64,000 nucleotides of DNA from a virus, in IMG/VR virus record IMGVR_UViG_3300027736_000026, positions 32,001 through 96,000 of that record; one strand, written 5' to 3'. Below, one piece after another: positions 49,810-59,135 of this stretch. Both the position numbers and the translations under genes were made by a program. Position 1 is the first letter of the stretch. Every line of letters begins with the position of its first letter. The notes below the pieces were generated by a model. That model worked only from the letters and a program-made list of their open reading frames with translations. It was not told where the DNA came from and searched no databases.

Positions 49810-50268
49810 ATGAGACTTTCTTGGCATGAATATGGTTGCATGATGGCTCTTGCTGCTTCATCTAGAAGCGAAGACCCTCACACCAAAGTCGGAGCTTGCA
49901 TTTTAAACAAAGAGGGAAGAGTTCTTTCAACCGGCTACAACGGATTGAAAAAAGGGTTCGCTGTCAAAGAGTGGATGAAGAAGGAAGAGAATCGTCCAAA
50001 GAAGCGAGAGATAATGATCCATGCGGAGACTAACGCCTTGTCATTAATAAGGAAAGGAGAGGCAGAGAGCATATGCTTGACAATTTCTCCTTGCTTTGCT
50101 TGCGCCAAGGACATAGTCGCTCATGAGATACAAAGAGTATTTTATATCAAAGAATACGAGCAATGCAATAAATTCAAAGAGGTATTTGATTTTTATAAAA
50201 TCCATTACCAAGAGTTAAAAGAAGAAAACATCTCCAAGATCAAATCTCATTTACAATCATGGCTATAG
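49810..50268 (+). CDS. dCMP deaminase
   Basis: RSEDPHTKVGA, TGYNG, HAETNA, SPCFAC. Confidence 0.9.
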   Translation: MRLSWHEYGCMMALAASSRSEDPHTKVGACILNKEGRVLSTGYNGLKKGFAVKEWMKKEENRPKKREIMIHAETNALSLIRKGEAESICLTISPCFACAKDIVAHEIQRVFYIKEYEQCNKFKEVFDFYKIHYQELKEENISKIKSHLQSWL

Positions 50269-50744
50269 AATCAATAGTTCCTGTTAAATTCGTAAAGCTA
50301 AATAATCTAGCGATTACTCCAACTCGTCAAAAGACTGGAGACGCAGGTTACGACCTTTACGCAACTGAAAACGTTAGGGTCAAACCGATGAGTCGCGCTC
50401 TCGTTAGCACTGGCCTTTCAATCGAAGTGCCCGAAGGATACTACGCGAGAATTGCTCCTCGCAGTGGCCTAGCAGTTAAGAATGGTATTGATGTCCTTGC
50501 TGGAGTTGTAGATTCTAGTTATCGTGGAGAAGTTAAAGTTGTATTAATGAATCTAAGCATTGACCTTGCAAGTATGATGGGGCTTACTCCAAATATTGCT
50601 GGTTCAAATTTTGATTTCAATATCAAAGCTGGAGATCGAATTGCTCAGTTAATTATTGAAAAGTGTCACGCTATTGATTGGCAGCAAGTTGAATCCTTGT
50701 CTACAACCGAAAGAACGGGCGGATTTGGAAGTACAGGAGTGTAA
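50259..50744 (+). CDS. dut: dUTPase
   Basis: AGYDL, PRSGLA, GVVDSSYRGE, GDRIAQ, RTGGFGSTG. Confidence 0.95.
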   Translation: MAIESIVPVKFVKLNNLAITPTRQKTGDAGYDLYATENVRVKPMSRALVSTGLSIEVPEGYYARIAPRSGLAVKNGIDVLAGVVDSSYRGEVKVVLMNLSIDLASMMGLTPNIAGSNFDFNIKAGDRIAQLIIEKCHAIDWQQVESLSTTERTGGFGSTGV

Positions 50745-50814
50745 CTCTGTCACTGTGACAGCCAATTTTGTCTCAGAATGTCTCAAATAAGCAGTAAAAA
50801 TGCTCTTTTTAAGA

Positions 50815-50831
50815 TTGGCACGGTTCTTGCT
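50815..50831 (+). promoter_or_regulatory. sigma54 (-24/-12) promoter TTGGCACGGTTCTTGCT
   Basis: Matches TGGCAC-N5-TTGCW with GG-N10-GC spacing; 14 nt before the hsp20 ATG. Confidence 0.75.
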
Positions 50832-50845
50832 AGAAGAAATCGCTT

Positions 50846-51184
50846 ATGATATATTATATTCAAACAAGTAATGGTCAAACTCAAAAACTAGATCTTTATA
50901 ACAAAGATTCATTCTCGCTAGATAAAATGAGCGGCGAATATGTTTCTGAAATTGAAGTGCCGGGTTTTTGTAAAGAAGATTTAGACATTACAGTGAAGAG
51001 GCTAGAGCTTGGTGATTCTGTTACAATTAAAGCCTCCAATACGAAGAGAAAAGCTGAAGCTTCGCTATGGATTCCTTCCGCAGCGGACGCTTCTCTTTTG
51101 AGGGCTTCTGCTGAAAACGGACTACTTACATTGTCGGTTCCTGTTAAGGGAGCTTATCAGCCGAAGAAAGTTAAAGTAACTTAA
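50846..51184 (+). CDS. Small heat-shock protein (Hsp20/alpha-crystallin)
   Basis: EVPGF.KEDLDI, A..ENGLLTL.VP, PKKV. Confidence 0.85.
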   Translation: MIYYIQTSNGQTQKLDLYNKDSFSLDKMSGEYVSEIEVPGFCKEDLDITVKRLELGDSVTIKASNTKRKAEASLWIPSAADASLLRASAENGLLTLSVPVKGAYQPKKVKVT

Positions 51185-51190
51185 GTTACT

Positions 51191-51217
51191 CCCCGCCTTT
51201 GGGCGGGGTTTGTTTTT
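51191..51217 (+). terminator. Intrinsic terminator
   Basis: CCCCGCC-TTTG-GGCGGGG-TTTGTTTTT. Confidence 0.85.
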
Positions 51218-51877
51218 ATGCCTTACCTAAGCGCCTCAATTCCAACTCAAACAGCATACTTAGACACTTCATTTCTTGAAGATTCTCCGCCAAGACAAAC
51301 GGGGAAATGGATTGCTGTTGAAATATTTTCTATAGTTTCAATAACAAGGAGATGCTTGTTATTTAATGTAATGAGCGAATGCGGGGCGCAATTTGCTAGA
51401 GTCCCAATTCATTATTTATCAAAGATTCCAGACCCAAAAACAAACTTTGAACTGCACTGGCTTCAATTGTGGGATAGTTTTAGTTACTATTTTACTATTC
51501 AAAGATTTGACTATCTTAAAAATGCTTCAGCTTATATGTTGCTTAAAGATAAGACTAAACATGTAGCTAAGTATATTTTCACAATTGATTGGTGTAATGG
51601 AGAGGATTATAATTTAGGATACTCTGAAATCTCAAACGGACACAAGTGCGCTCATATTTTTTGGGGAGAAGGCGGGCAGATGTTCGCTCAACCAAATAAT
51701 AGAATAGTTTGGCGCGATTCAGGAGCTTTCATTGGGTCATCGTTACCTCCAGAGTCAAAAACATGGAGACCTTTCAGCCAAGAATTCTCTTGCGAAGGGC
51801 TAGCTCACAAGTGGACTGCTGGCGATGAAGAGCTTGTGTATTATGAGTTCGAGGTTGAGCCAGAACTAGCCAAATAA
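51218..51877 (+). CDS. Conserved-looking phage hypothetical protein
   Basis: MPYL..IP, LQLWDSFSY, YIFTIDW, HKCAH, QPNNR. Confidence 0.8.
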   Translation: MPYLSASIPTQTAYLDTSFLEDSPPRQTGKWIAVEIFSIVSITRRCLLFNVMSECGAQFARVPIHYLSKIPDPKTNFELHWLQLWDSFSYYFTIQRFDYLKNASAYMLLKDKTKHVAKYIFTIDWCNGEDYNLGYSEISNGHKCAHIFWGEGGQMFAQPNNRIVWRDSGAFIGSSLPPESKTWRPFSQEFSCEGLAHKWTAGDEELVYYEFEVEPELAK

Positions 51878-51917
51878 ACATGATAAAATAGAATGTGTAA
51901 TATAATATATAGCTGAG

Positions 51918-52181
51918 ATGACTGCTGAAGAAAATAAGATTTTTGAAGATGCTCTTTTACTTCAGGAAACTACTGCTTGGTGGATTAATAAGACCGCTGA
52001 AGTTCTCGATGAAATAGATAGAGTTGAACGAAAAGGATTTTCTTTAGCAAGAGAAAAAAAGTTGGAATCTCTTTATAAAAATCTTGAAGTCTTTTTGGCT
52101 AGAAAAAGGATAGAGGAAGACAAGATTACCGAAATTTTGTCTAGGATTGATAAAATAAAGGATAAAAAATGCCAAAACTAA
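51918..52181 (+). CDS. Hypothetical coiled-coil protein
   Basis: ORF preceded by GTGTAA (51895-51900). Confidence 0.65.
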   Translation: MTAEENKIFEDALLLQETTAWWINKTAEVLDEIDRVERKGFSLAREKKLESLYKNLEVFLARKRIEEDKITEILSRIDKIKDKKCQN

Positions 52182-52330
52182 AAAGAGAAAAATTCTACAT
52201 GATAATCTCAAACAAAAACAATTACACATATGGAGCTTTTCCATATACTAAAGAAGGAAAGATAGCAGCTAAAGATTACATTCAAGAAAAATCAAACAAA
52301 AATTTGCAGTTAAAAATTAAAATCAAATAA
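52169..52330 (+). CDS. Small basic hypothetical protein (53 aa)
   Basis: Hand-translated MPKLKREKFY..YGAFPYTKEG..; fills the gap. Confidence 0.6.
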   Translation: MPKLKREKFYMIISNKNNYTYGAFPYTKEGKIAAKDYIQEKSNKNLQLKIKIK

Positions 52331-52331
52331 T

Positions 52332-52478
52332 ATGCCCGTACCAAACAAACGCAAGAACGAAGACGCAAAGAAATTCATGGAGCGTTGCATGAGCGAACTT
52401 CCAAAGAGCGAATTTCCAAACCCAAAGCAGCGTGTCGCCGTCTGCCTAAATCAAGAAAAGAAGAAGCCGAAGAAGTGA
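52332..52478 (+). CDS. Small phage protein (48 aa)
   Basis: MPVPNKRKNE..FMERCM..EFP..QRVAVC, a pattern I recall from other phage small proteins. Confidence 0.65.
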   Translation: MPVPNKRKNEDAKKFMERCMSELPKSEFPNPKQRVAVCLNQEKKKPKK

Positions 52479-52485
52479 TTATTTT

Positions 52486-53151
52486 ATGAAGTTAGTTATT
52501 TGTATGCCCGGAAACAGTTTTTCCGGGTCTTTTTTTGACTCATTCATTGAATTTTACCATTGGTGCCTCCACAATGGAATTACCGTCTTCCTGTCAAGGA
52601 AAGAATCATGTAATATTTACTACGTTAGGAACATGTGCGTCGGCGGCAACGTCCAAGCTGGCAAGCAGCAAAAGCCTTGGGGCGGAAAGCTCGATTATGA
52701 TTACATGTTATGGATAGACTCTGATATCATCTTCAAACCTGAAGACTTTATTAAACTTCTTCAGATGGAGGTTGATATTGCGTCTGGATTATACTTAATG
52801 GCAGACGGCTCAAGAGAACCCAAAAAGTTTGCGACTGTTGTGGATTGGGACGAAAAGTTTTTTGAAAAAAATGGTTACTTTAAGTTCGTTGAGAGAGAAG
52901 ATATAGTAGGCGAAACAAAACCCTTCGTAGCTGACTACACTGGTTTTGGTTTTATGCTAATTAAGAAAGGCGTATTTGAGAGTTTGGATTATCCTTGGTT
53001 CCAGCCGATCTTCTTTAATATTGGTAACGCTCACGACTTCTGCATGGAAGACGTTGGCTTCTGTTTGAAAGCAAAAGAAAAAGGTCACAAAGTATGGATA
53101 AATCCACAAGTAATAGTGAAACACGAAAAGAAGATCCTTCTGAGTACATGA
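52486..53151 (+). CDS. GT2-like glycosyltransferase
   Basis: RN, LWIDSDI, GFGFMLIK.GVFE..PWF, EDVGFC, H.K. Confidence 0.85.
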   Translation: MKLVICMPGNSFSGSFFDSFIEFYHWCLHNGITVFLSRKESCNIYYVRNMCVGGNVQAGKQQKPWGGKLDYDYMLWIDSDIIFKPEDFIKLLQMEVDIASGLYLMADGSREPKKFATVVDWDEKFFEKNGYFKFVEREDIVGETKPFVADYTGFGFMLIKKGVFESLDYPWFQPIFFNIGNAHDFCMEDVGFCLKAKEKGHKVWINPQVIVKHEKKILLST

Positions 53152-53447
53152 GAGGTCTAAAGGTTGATCGACTTTGCTTAGTAGAGAAATTCTTTAACAC
53201 AAAACTGGAACTGCTGGTCGAAATTTGGAAAGGCGAAACAGAAGATCAGTATTTTACTCTTGATTTTGCTTATAATTATACTTCTTGCGCCGTTATGGGC
53301 TCCATAAGCGACAGAGAATCTACTCTAGGGGACTACAAAGAAGTTCTTTGGGCGAAAGATGAATTATTTGATATAATGGCTTTAGAAAAGTATCTTAAAT
53401 GGGACACCTCAGAAGCAATAATTGAAGACCTATCTGAAAGAACATGA
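53148..53447 (+). CDS. Hypothetical protein
   Basis: ATGA-coupled start at 53148. Confidence 0.6.
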   Translation: MRGLKVDRLCLVEKFFNTKLELLVEIWKGETEDQYFTLDFAYNYTSCAVMGSISDRESTLGDYKEVLWAKDELFDIMALEKYLKWDTSEAIIEDLSERT

Positions 53448-53896
53448 ATGTAAAGCTAGAAAATTATCTTTGTAAACGTTTCTCTTCGTTTTTCGAAGGC
53501 AAAGGCCACTCGTTTGACTGTTCTGACGGCTGGTTTTTTATCTTAAATTGGGTGTTTTTGAGAGTTGAACGTTCTTTAAAATACATAAATGAAGAGAAGG
53601 CTCCAGAAGACAAGGACTCTTTCATCGTTTTGCAAACCAAAGAAAAGTTTGGGACTCTTCGCCTCTACTACGCAGGGACACACAGCGAAGAAATTCGCAC
53701 CATTGTCAACAACGCAGAGTCTTTGAGTGGTTTTGTTTGCGAAGAGACCGGAGTTTTTAACGAAACTGTAGGGAGCAATTCCAAGGGGTGGATTAAAACT
53801 CTTGCTAAAGATCAAGCCGGTTTTAATACTGGATGGACTAGTCAATATGATGATGATTTACTAGCCATCTTAGAAGAAATAAAATTAACCAAATGA
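53444..53896 (+). CDS. Conserved-looking phage hypothetical protein
   Basis: DGWF..QTKEKFGTLRLY..CEETG..GWIKT. Confidence 0.75.
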   Translation: MNVKLENYLCKRFSSFFEGKGHSFDCSDGWFFILNWVFLRVERSLKYINEEKAPEDKDSFIVLQTKEKFGTLRLYYAGTHSEEIRTIVNNAESLSGFVCEETGVFNETVGSNSKGWIKTLAKDQAGFNTGWTSQYDDDLLAILEEIKLTK

Positions 53897-54120
53897 CTGA
53901 AAAAGAAGCCAAGCAGCAATGCTTAATGATTAAGAAAACTTCTATTTGGCTAAAGAAGGAAATCGCAGCGACGATGAAACTCGTCAGAGAGTCTAAAAGC
54001 GGGGAAGAAACTCTTCTTCATTTAAATCATCTCATTTGTTTGAAGAACAAGGCTGGAGCAGAGGTCAGCCGAATCGACAAGCTAATGGAGAGGATGGGAG
54101 AAGAAGATTCTGAATTTTGA
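53893..54120 (+). CDS. Hypothetical protein
   Basis: ATGA-coupled ORF. Confidence 0.6.
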   Translation: MTEKEAKQQCLMIKKTSIWLKKEIAATMKLVRESKSGEETLLHLNHLICLKNKAGAEVSRIDKLMERMGEEDSEF

Positions 54121-54156
54121 CCTTGCTTTTCCCTTGGAGCCAGCTAAAGTGAGGGC

Positions 54157-55068
54157 GTGATAAATTATGGACTTTGCTGTATTTCCCTTGTTTTGTCCGA
54201 AAAAGGGGAGAAATTCCAAACGCTGACCTACACAAGATTCAAGGCCCTTGGCAGAGAGGAAGGGATGAAAGTCCTCTCTAACAGAATACTAAATAATTTC
54301 AATGTTACTCTTAAAACGATTTCTCATTGCGCTCAAAGCGGAATTGGATCTTACAGACTTTCTAGCGAGATTACTCCTCTTCTCAGTCATCCTGACCTTG
54401 ATATTGATCTCACTGAACTTGACCATGCGAAAGAAATTTTTGACATCATTGATGAGACTAAGAAAGAGATAAAAAGATCAGGATTAAGGATATCTTCCCA
54501 TCCTCCTGAGTTCGTTAGCTTTACTTCCCAGAAAGAACAAGTCATTAACAACTCAATTAGAGATCTAGATGAACACGCTATGCTCTTCGATCTCTATGAC
54601 TGTCCTAAAGATTATCGCTCGCCCCTAAATATTCACATTAGACAAGACGGCGACCCAGAAGAATTGTCTCAAAGATTTATGTCGGTTTACAATCGCCTCA
54701 AGCCAAATGTAAAAGATAGACTGGTGCTTGAAGTTAACGACAACAAGAATGGCACTTGGTCAGTCAAGAACTTAATTAAGTATTTTTATGAGCGTCACGG
54801 TATTCCTATAACCTTTGACTCCTTGCATCAATCTCTCTTGCATGGTGATCAATCTGACGAAGAAGCTTTCAATGACGCTTACCGCACTTGGCCCACCAAG
54901 CCTCTGTTCCATTATTCTGAAGGAGTAGATGGCACTCGCAAACACGCAGACATGCCAATAAATCATCCAAAAAACTTTGGACAAGTTGTTGACTTTGACA
55001 TAGAATTGAAGAGTAAAGATTTAGCGATCTTTAAATTGCAGGAATTTGCTAAAACAACTTGTAATTAA
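54157..55068 (+). CDS. uvsE: UV damage endonuclease
   Basis: GLCCI, YRLSS, SSHP, NIH, LEVND, FDSLH, FHYSE, HAD, DIELKSKD. Confidence 0.9.
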   Translation: MINYGLCCISLVLSEKGEKFQTLTYTRFKALGREEGMKVLSNRILNNFNVTLKTISHCAQSGIGSYRLSSEITPLLSHPDLDIDLTELDHAKEIFDIIDETKKEIKRSGLRISSHPPEFVSFTSQKEQVINNSIRDLDEHAMLFDLYDCPKDYRSPLNIHIRQDGDPEELSQRFMSVYNRLKPNVKDRLVLEVNDNKNGTWSVKNLIKYFYERHGIPITFDSLHQSLLHGDQSDEEAFNDAYRTWPTKPLFHYSEGVDGTRKHADMPINHPKNFGQVVDFDIELKSKDLAIFKLQEFAKTTCN

Positions 55069-55074
55069 TTCGTC

Positions 55075-55146
55075 GCCAAAATAGCTCAACGGTAGAGCGC
55101 CGTTTTTGTAAAGCGGGGGTTGCTGGTTCAAATCCAGTTTTTGGCT
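55075..55146 (+). tRNA. tRNA-Thr(TGT), CCA not encoded
   Basis: GCCAAAA/TTTTGGC acceptor; GCTC/GAGC D-arm; CCGTT-TTTGTAA-AGCGG anticodon arm; GCTGG-TTCAAAT-CCAGT T-arm. Confidence 0.92.
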
Positions 55147-55187
55147 CGAATCTTTCTAGCGGCTCCATTTTGAGTGTAAAATATAAT

Positions 55188-55859
55188 ATGACAGTAACTA
55201 AAACTCAGTGCGAGCATTGTAAAAACGAATTCAATAAAAGCATTTCTGAATACAACAGATCTTTAAGATTAAATCTTAAGCATTTTTGCTCGCGTTCTTG
55301 TTCTGCTAAACACAATGTAGCATTGCAGAGGCAAAAGGTTGATAAACAAAGTCAAGACTATTATCTCAATCCTAATAGATGCAAGAGTTGTGATAAACCA
55401 ATCTCATATAAAAATAAAAATAATAATAAATTTTGCGGGCATTCATGCTCTGCAATATTTAATAATATAAAGAGACCGAAGAAACGAACTTGTATTTTTT
55501 GCGGGAAAGGAACTAGTAATCAAAGATTTTGTAACAAACGATGTTTTAGCGATCACAAGATGGAGTCTACTAAAAAATTAATAGAACAAGGCAAAAAAGT
55601 AGGACCCAATAGTTTTAAAAGACATCTAATTGAAAAAAATGGACACAAATGTCAAATGTGCGGTATAATTGAATGGGGAGGCAAGCCCGTTCTTCTAATA
55701 CTAGACCATGTAAATGGTAATTCTGGAGATTGTTCTCTCGGTAATTTGAGATTAATTTGCAGTAATTGCGACACATTGACTCCAACTTACAAAGGAAGAA
55801 ATAAAGGAAATGGAAGGCATCTAAGAAAACAAAGGTATTCAGAAGGCAAAAGTTTTTAA
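55188..55859 (+). CDS. HNH endonuclease with repeated Cys zinc-finger (CxxC..FCSxxC) units
   Basis: Three CxxC/FC..C repeats; LDHVNG..NLRLICSNC; ATG 55188 follows GTGTAA. Confidence 0.85.
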   Translation: MTVTKTQCEHCKNEFNKSISEYNRSLRLNLKHFCSRSCSAKHNVALQRQKVDKQSQDYYLNPNRCKSCDKPISYKNKNNNKFCGHSCSAIFNNIKRPKKRTCIFCGKGTSNQRFCNKRCFSDHKMESTKKLIEQGKKVGPNSFKRHLIEKNGHKCQMCGIIEWGGKPVLLILDHVNGNSGDCSLGNLRLICSNCDTLTPTYKGRNKGNGRHLRKQRYSEGKSF

Positions 55860-56606
55860 ATGACAATTTCAAGCACAGATAAGAAAATATTAATCATTTC
55901 AGATATCCACAACAACGTGGATAAACTGGATAAAATTATCAAAGCAGAGAGCGCAGATATTAATCTGGTTCTTGGCGATTGGTTTGATAGTTTTGAATAT
56001 GACGAAACTCATCATTATGCAAAAACTGCTGAGTATTTAATGGGCTATTTATCTTCTCCAAATAATCACACATTGTTTGGTAATCATGATCTCCATTACA
56101 TGTATTATAATTCTTATTTGATGTGTGGCGGGTACGAGCAAAGGAAGCAAAGTGCTATAAATCAAGTATTCGGCGAAAATCGTCTTAGTATTTGTAAAAA
56201 ATTTGATTGGTTTGCATGGGTAGACGGTTACCTATGCACTCACGCAGGGCTATTCCCTGACTTTATTGATCCAACAGCAAAAGACAGTTCTGACATTAAT
56301 CTTTTTCTAATTAAAGAAAGAGAACGAGCAAATGTTAAATTAATTAGTGGCGATGACCATTGGTTTTATGCTGCTGGCAGAGCTAGAGGAGGTCATTGGA
56401 ATAAAGGAGGGCTTGTTTGGTTGGACTTTGATCGGGAATTTGCGCCTATTAAAGGACTTAATCAAATTGTCGGCCACACTCCTCGCAGAGACAGCAAGAT
56501 CGCAAAATATGCAAAAACTGAAAACTATTGCATTGACACTCATTTAAATCAATGGTTGACTTTCACTAATGACAAGATTGAGGTTAAAACTTATAAAGAT
56601 CTATGA
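55860..56606 (+). CDS. Calcineurin-like metallophosphoesterase
   Basis: DIH, GDWFD, GNHD, THAG, VGHT, IDT. Confidence 0.9.
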   Translation: MTISSTDKKILIISDIHNNVDKLDKIIKAESADINLVLGDWFDSFEYDETHHYAKTAEYLMGYLSSPNNHTLFGNHDLHYMYYNSYLMCGGYEQRKQSAINQVFGENRLSICKKFDWFAWVDGYLCTHAGLFPDFIDPTAKDSSDINLFLIKERERANVKLISGDDHWFYAAGRARGGHWNKGGLVWLDFDREFAPIKGLNQIVGHTPRRDSKIAKYAKTENYCIDTHLNQWLTFTNDKIEVKTYKDL

Positions 56607-56986
56607 GTTATTATCTGTTTATTGATGACATTCGTTATCCAAGCGACGTTACTTGGGTGAATATTCCTAATTACGAGTGGATAATTGCCCGTGACTTTTT
56701 CCAATTTAGGGATATAATAAAGATAAAGGGGATTCCATCTTTTGTCTGTTATGATCATGACCTTGGGGCGCAACATTATCGTGATCTTAAAACAATCCTA
56801 GAAACCAATAAAATTGACTATGCTAAGTATAAAGAAAAGACTGGCTACGATTGCGCTAAGTATTTGGTTGAGGTTTGTCAAGATCAAAAAGTCTCTCACC
56901 CAGCATACGAAGTCCATTCTATGAATCCAGTAGGTGCTGAAAACATTAAAAAATATATAGACAACTACAATGCAAAAGGAATTTGA
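56603..56986 (+). CDS. Cyclic-phosphate-processing receiver-like domain protein
   Basis: LFIDDIR.P, YDHDLG, TGYD, VHSMNPVG. Confidence 0.8.
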   Translation: MSYYLFIDDIRYPSDVTWVNIPNYEWIIARDFFQFRDIIKIKGIPSFVCYDHDLGAQHYRDLKTILETNKIDYAKYKEKTGYDCAKYLVEVCQDQKVSHPAYEVHSMNPVGAENIKKYIDNYNAKGI

Positions 56987-57620
56987 TTTCAGGACACCAG
57001 AAGAAGTCGCTGAACATAAAAAGATAGCCGAAGAAAACGAAAAAGCTTTTGATCTTATGTTTAATTCTGATGAACCAGTTTATAATAAGTATGTAGATTT
57101 TTTACTTGACCTTGTTCCTTTTAGGTTGGGTTGGAAAGCTAGGTATTGGCCTAATGAAATTCGTTGGTGGGCGAAATGCAAGTATCAGAAGATTCGTTAT
57201 GGGGTTTCTGATGATGAGGTGTATTCTTTGGGATACAATATTGCTCTTTTCATCCTGCCTCGACTTAAATATTTTAAGAAAAAGGGCAAAACTGGAATCT
57301 CTTGTTGTTTCCTGCCAGACAACTTCCATCTGCTTGAAGGCAAACAGCAGACAGCCGCTGAAGAAAAAGGCATAGAAGAAATGAATTTTGCGCTTGACGA
57401 AATGATTTTCGCTTTTGAGTATATTATTGATGGAGATAAGTTTTGCGAATTGCCAGAGAGTCTTTCTTTTAAAACAAAAGGTCTTAATCTCAACTCTGAA
57501 AAGACTATTGAAGAAAAACAAGCTTGGGGAGAGTACATGGAAAAGGCTAATAAGCTTAATGAGAGAAAAGAAAACGGCTTAATGCTTTTCGCGAAGTATT
57601 ATGACATTCTTTGGATATAA
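56970..57620 (+). CDS. Hypothetical phage protein
   Basis: LA..ILPRL..F, LDEMIFAFE, GL.LFAKYY..LW pattern. Confidence 0.75.
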   Translation: MQKEFDFRTPEEVAEHKKIAEENEKAFDLMFNSDEPVYNKYVDFLLDLVPFRLGWKARYWPNEIRWWAKCKYQKIRYGVSDDEVYSLGYNIALFILPRLKYFKKKGKTGISCCFLPDNFHLLEGKQQTAAEEKGIEEMNFALDEMIFAFEYIIDGDKFCELPESLSFKTKGLNLNSEKTIEEKQAWGEYMEKANKLNERKENGLMLFAKYYDILWI

Positions 57621-57958
57621 TGAAATTATTTTTAGGAATTTTATTGCTTAGTATAGTTTATATAATTGGGTGGTATCAAATTCATGGGCAATTTATATCA
57701 GAATGGTTTAATAAATACCAATACTATTTGATATGGATAAGCGTCCCCACTACATTAATAACTATTAAAGCTATTAAATTAATTAATGAATATTTCAATG
57801 GTTTAATTTGGCCTAATCGAATCCTTACTTTTGGGATAGGAATTATACTATTTACGATTTTAACTTCTTTTCATTTTAACGAAAAGATAAATGCAAAAAC
57901 TTTAACCTTATTATTACTCTGCGGTATGGTAGTCGCAATTCAAGCGCTTTGGATATGA
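57620..57958 (+). CDS. Small multi-TM membrane protein (EamA/SMR-like)
   Basis: Four hydrophobic segments; TAATG-coupled start. Confidence 0.6.
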   Translation: MKLFLGILLLSIVYIIGWYQIHGQFISEWFNKYQYYLIWISVPTTLITIKAIKLINEYFNGLIWPNRILTFGIGIILFTILTSFHFNEKINAKTLTLLLLCGMVVAIQALWI

Positions 57959-58152
57959 AATTTACAACTCAACAGCGAGAACTAATTAAAGACACTCGCA
58001 ATAAAATTAATAAACTAAAAATCGAGCAAAATGATTTATATAGCAATTTGCTTTCTCAATTAAACATGTCCGAAAGAGCAGAGGATTGGATCTTTGATTA
58101 TGTTTATAACAATTACGGGACGATAAAGAAAATAGAATCTTTTCTTAAGTAA
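57955..58152 (+). CDS. Hypothetical protein
   Basis: ATGA-coupled ORF. Confidence 0.55.
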   Translation: MKFTTQQRELIKDTRNKINKLKIEQNDLYSNLLSQLNMSERAEDWIFDYVYNNYGTIKKIESFLK

Positions 58153-58153
58153 C

Positions 58154-58504
58154 ATGTCAAAACTGCATTTTGTGCCCAAAGGCTGGGGATATGAGAAGTG
58201 GATTGTTAATAATGAAAAGTATTGCGGAAAAATTCTTTTCGTCGTTAAAGATCGCAAGTGTAGTCTTCATTACCACAAGATTAAAGATGAGACTTTCTAT
58301 ATCCAAAGCGGAAAAATTGTCTTGCATTACGGTATGGACGAAAAAACCGCAAGGAACTACTGGACTACTTTGGGTCGAGGCGATACCTTCCATATCCCAG
58401 TAGGGATGATCCATCAATTCTCTGCCCTAAAAGATAGTGAAATCATTGAAATCAGCACCCAGCACTTCGACGAAGACAGTTACAGAATCGAAAAAGGAGA
58501 CTAA
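58154..58504 (+). CDS. Cupin (mannose-6-phosphate isomerase-like)
   Basis: VPKGWGYE, SLHYH..KDETF, H.F, EIST.H. Confidence 0.85.
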   Translation: MSKLHFVPKGWGYEKWIVNNEKYCGKILFVVKDRKCSLHYHKIKDETFYIQSGKIVLHYGMDEKTARNYWTTLGRGDTFHIPVGMIHQFSALKDSEIIEISTQHFDEDSYRIEKGD

Positions 58505-58685
58505 ATTCTTGCAAAACAAAAAACTCTTAAACGAACTGGCGCAAAGTATCAAAAATGTTGATGCCAGCGAAGAACCAAATCGTATAGTTAAGGATATTGA
58601 TAAGATTATTCAGAGCTATTATACTAAATTTTACGACACCGTTGACGGCAGGAAACAGATGACTCAACAAAAGAATGGACACTGA
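58437..58685 (+). CDS. Hypothetical protein (start uncertain)
   Basis: Fills the gap; the 5' part overlaps the cupin gene. Confidence 0.4.
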   Translation: MKSLKSAPSTSTKTVTESKKETKFLQNKKLLNELAQSIKNVDASEEPNRIVKDIDKIIQSYYTKFYDTVDGRKQMTQQKNGH

Positions 58686-58860
58686 TGCTAAGGTCTCAAC
58701 CCCTTGCATCAGACTTTGTAAATTAAAAGACGGTTTCTGCACAGGTTGCGGAAGGTCTTGGCAGCAGATCGCTGACTGGACCCAGTATTCTGAGAAAACT
58801 AGACTAGAAATAATGGCCTCTCTGTTGATAAACGAAAAACATGAACGGAAAAGGAAGTAA
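58675..58860 (+). CDS. DUF1289 family Cys-rich protein
   Basis: TPCIRLC..CTGCGRS..I..W. Confidence 0.8.
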   Translation: MDTDAKVSTPCIRLCKLKDGFCTGCGRSWQQIADWTQYSEKTRLEIMASLLINEKHERKRK

Positions 58861-59005
58861 ACCTAGAAATTGTTTTAGCAAACGATTCAAAACCAATTAT
58901 GATGAAATTAGCTGGAATAAGCCAGCGCATCATGAACAGACCAATAAACATCATAGAACTCAAAGAAAAAGAACTTCCAAAGTATCACCAACCAAAAATG
59001 GGTGA
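58841..59005 (+). CDS. Small basic phage protein (54 aa)
   Basis: Hand-translated MNGKGSKPRN..F..NYDEI.W, a pattern I recall from other phage small ORFs. Confidence 0.5.
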   Translation: MNGKGSKPRNCFSKRFKTNYDEISWNKPAHHEQTNKHHRTQRKRTSKVSPTKNG

Positions 59006-59135
59006 CAACTTTCAAGCAGGAGACCTCCTACATCTAGTCGAAAACGAATATGTAGTGATCTCCAAAGAAAGCAATCTCTTAAAGCAGATAATTACTAAAT
59101 ACAATAAAGTATACAGAAAAAATGGAAAAAGATAA
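58932..59135 (+). CDS. Hypothetical protein
   Basis: ORF track; probable start MNRPIN. Confidence 0.5.
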   Translation: MNRPINIIELKEKELPKYHQPKMGDNFQAGDLLHLVENEYVVISKESNLLKQIITKYNKVYRKNGKR

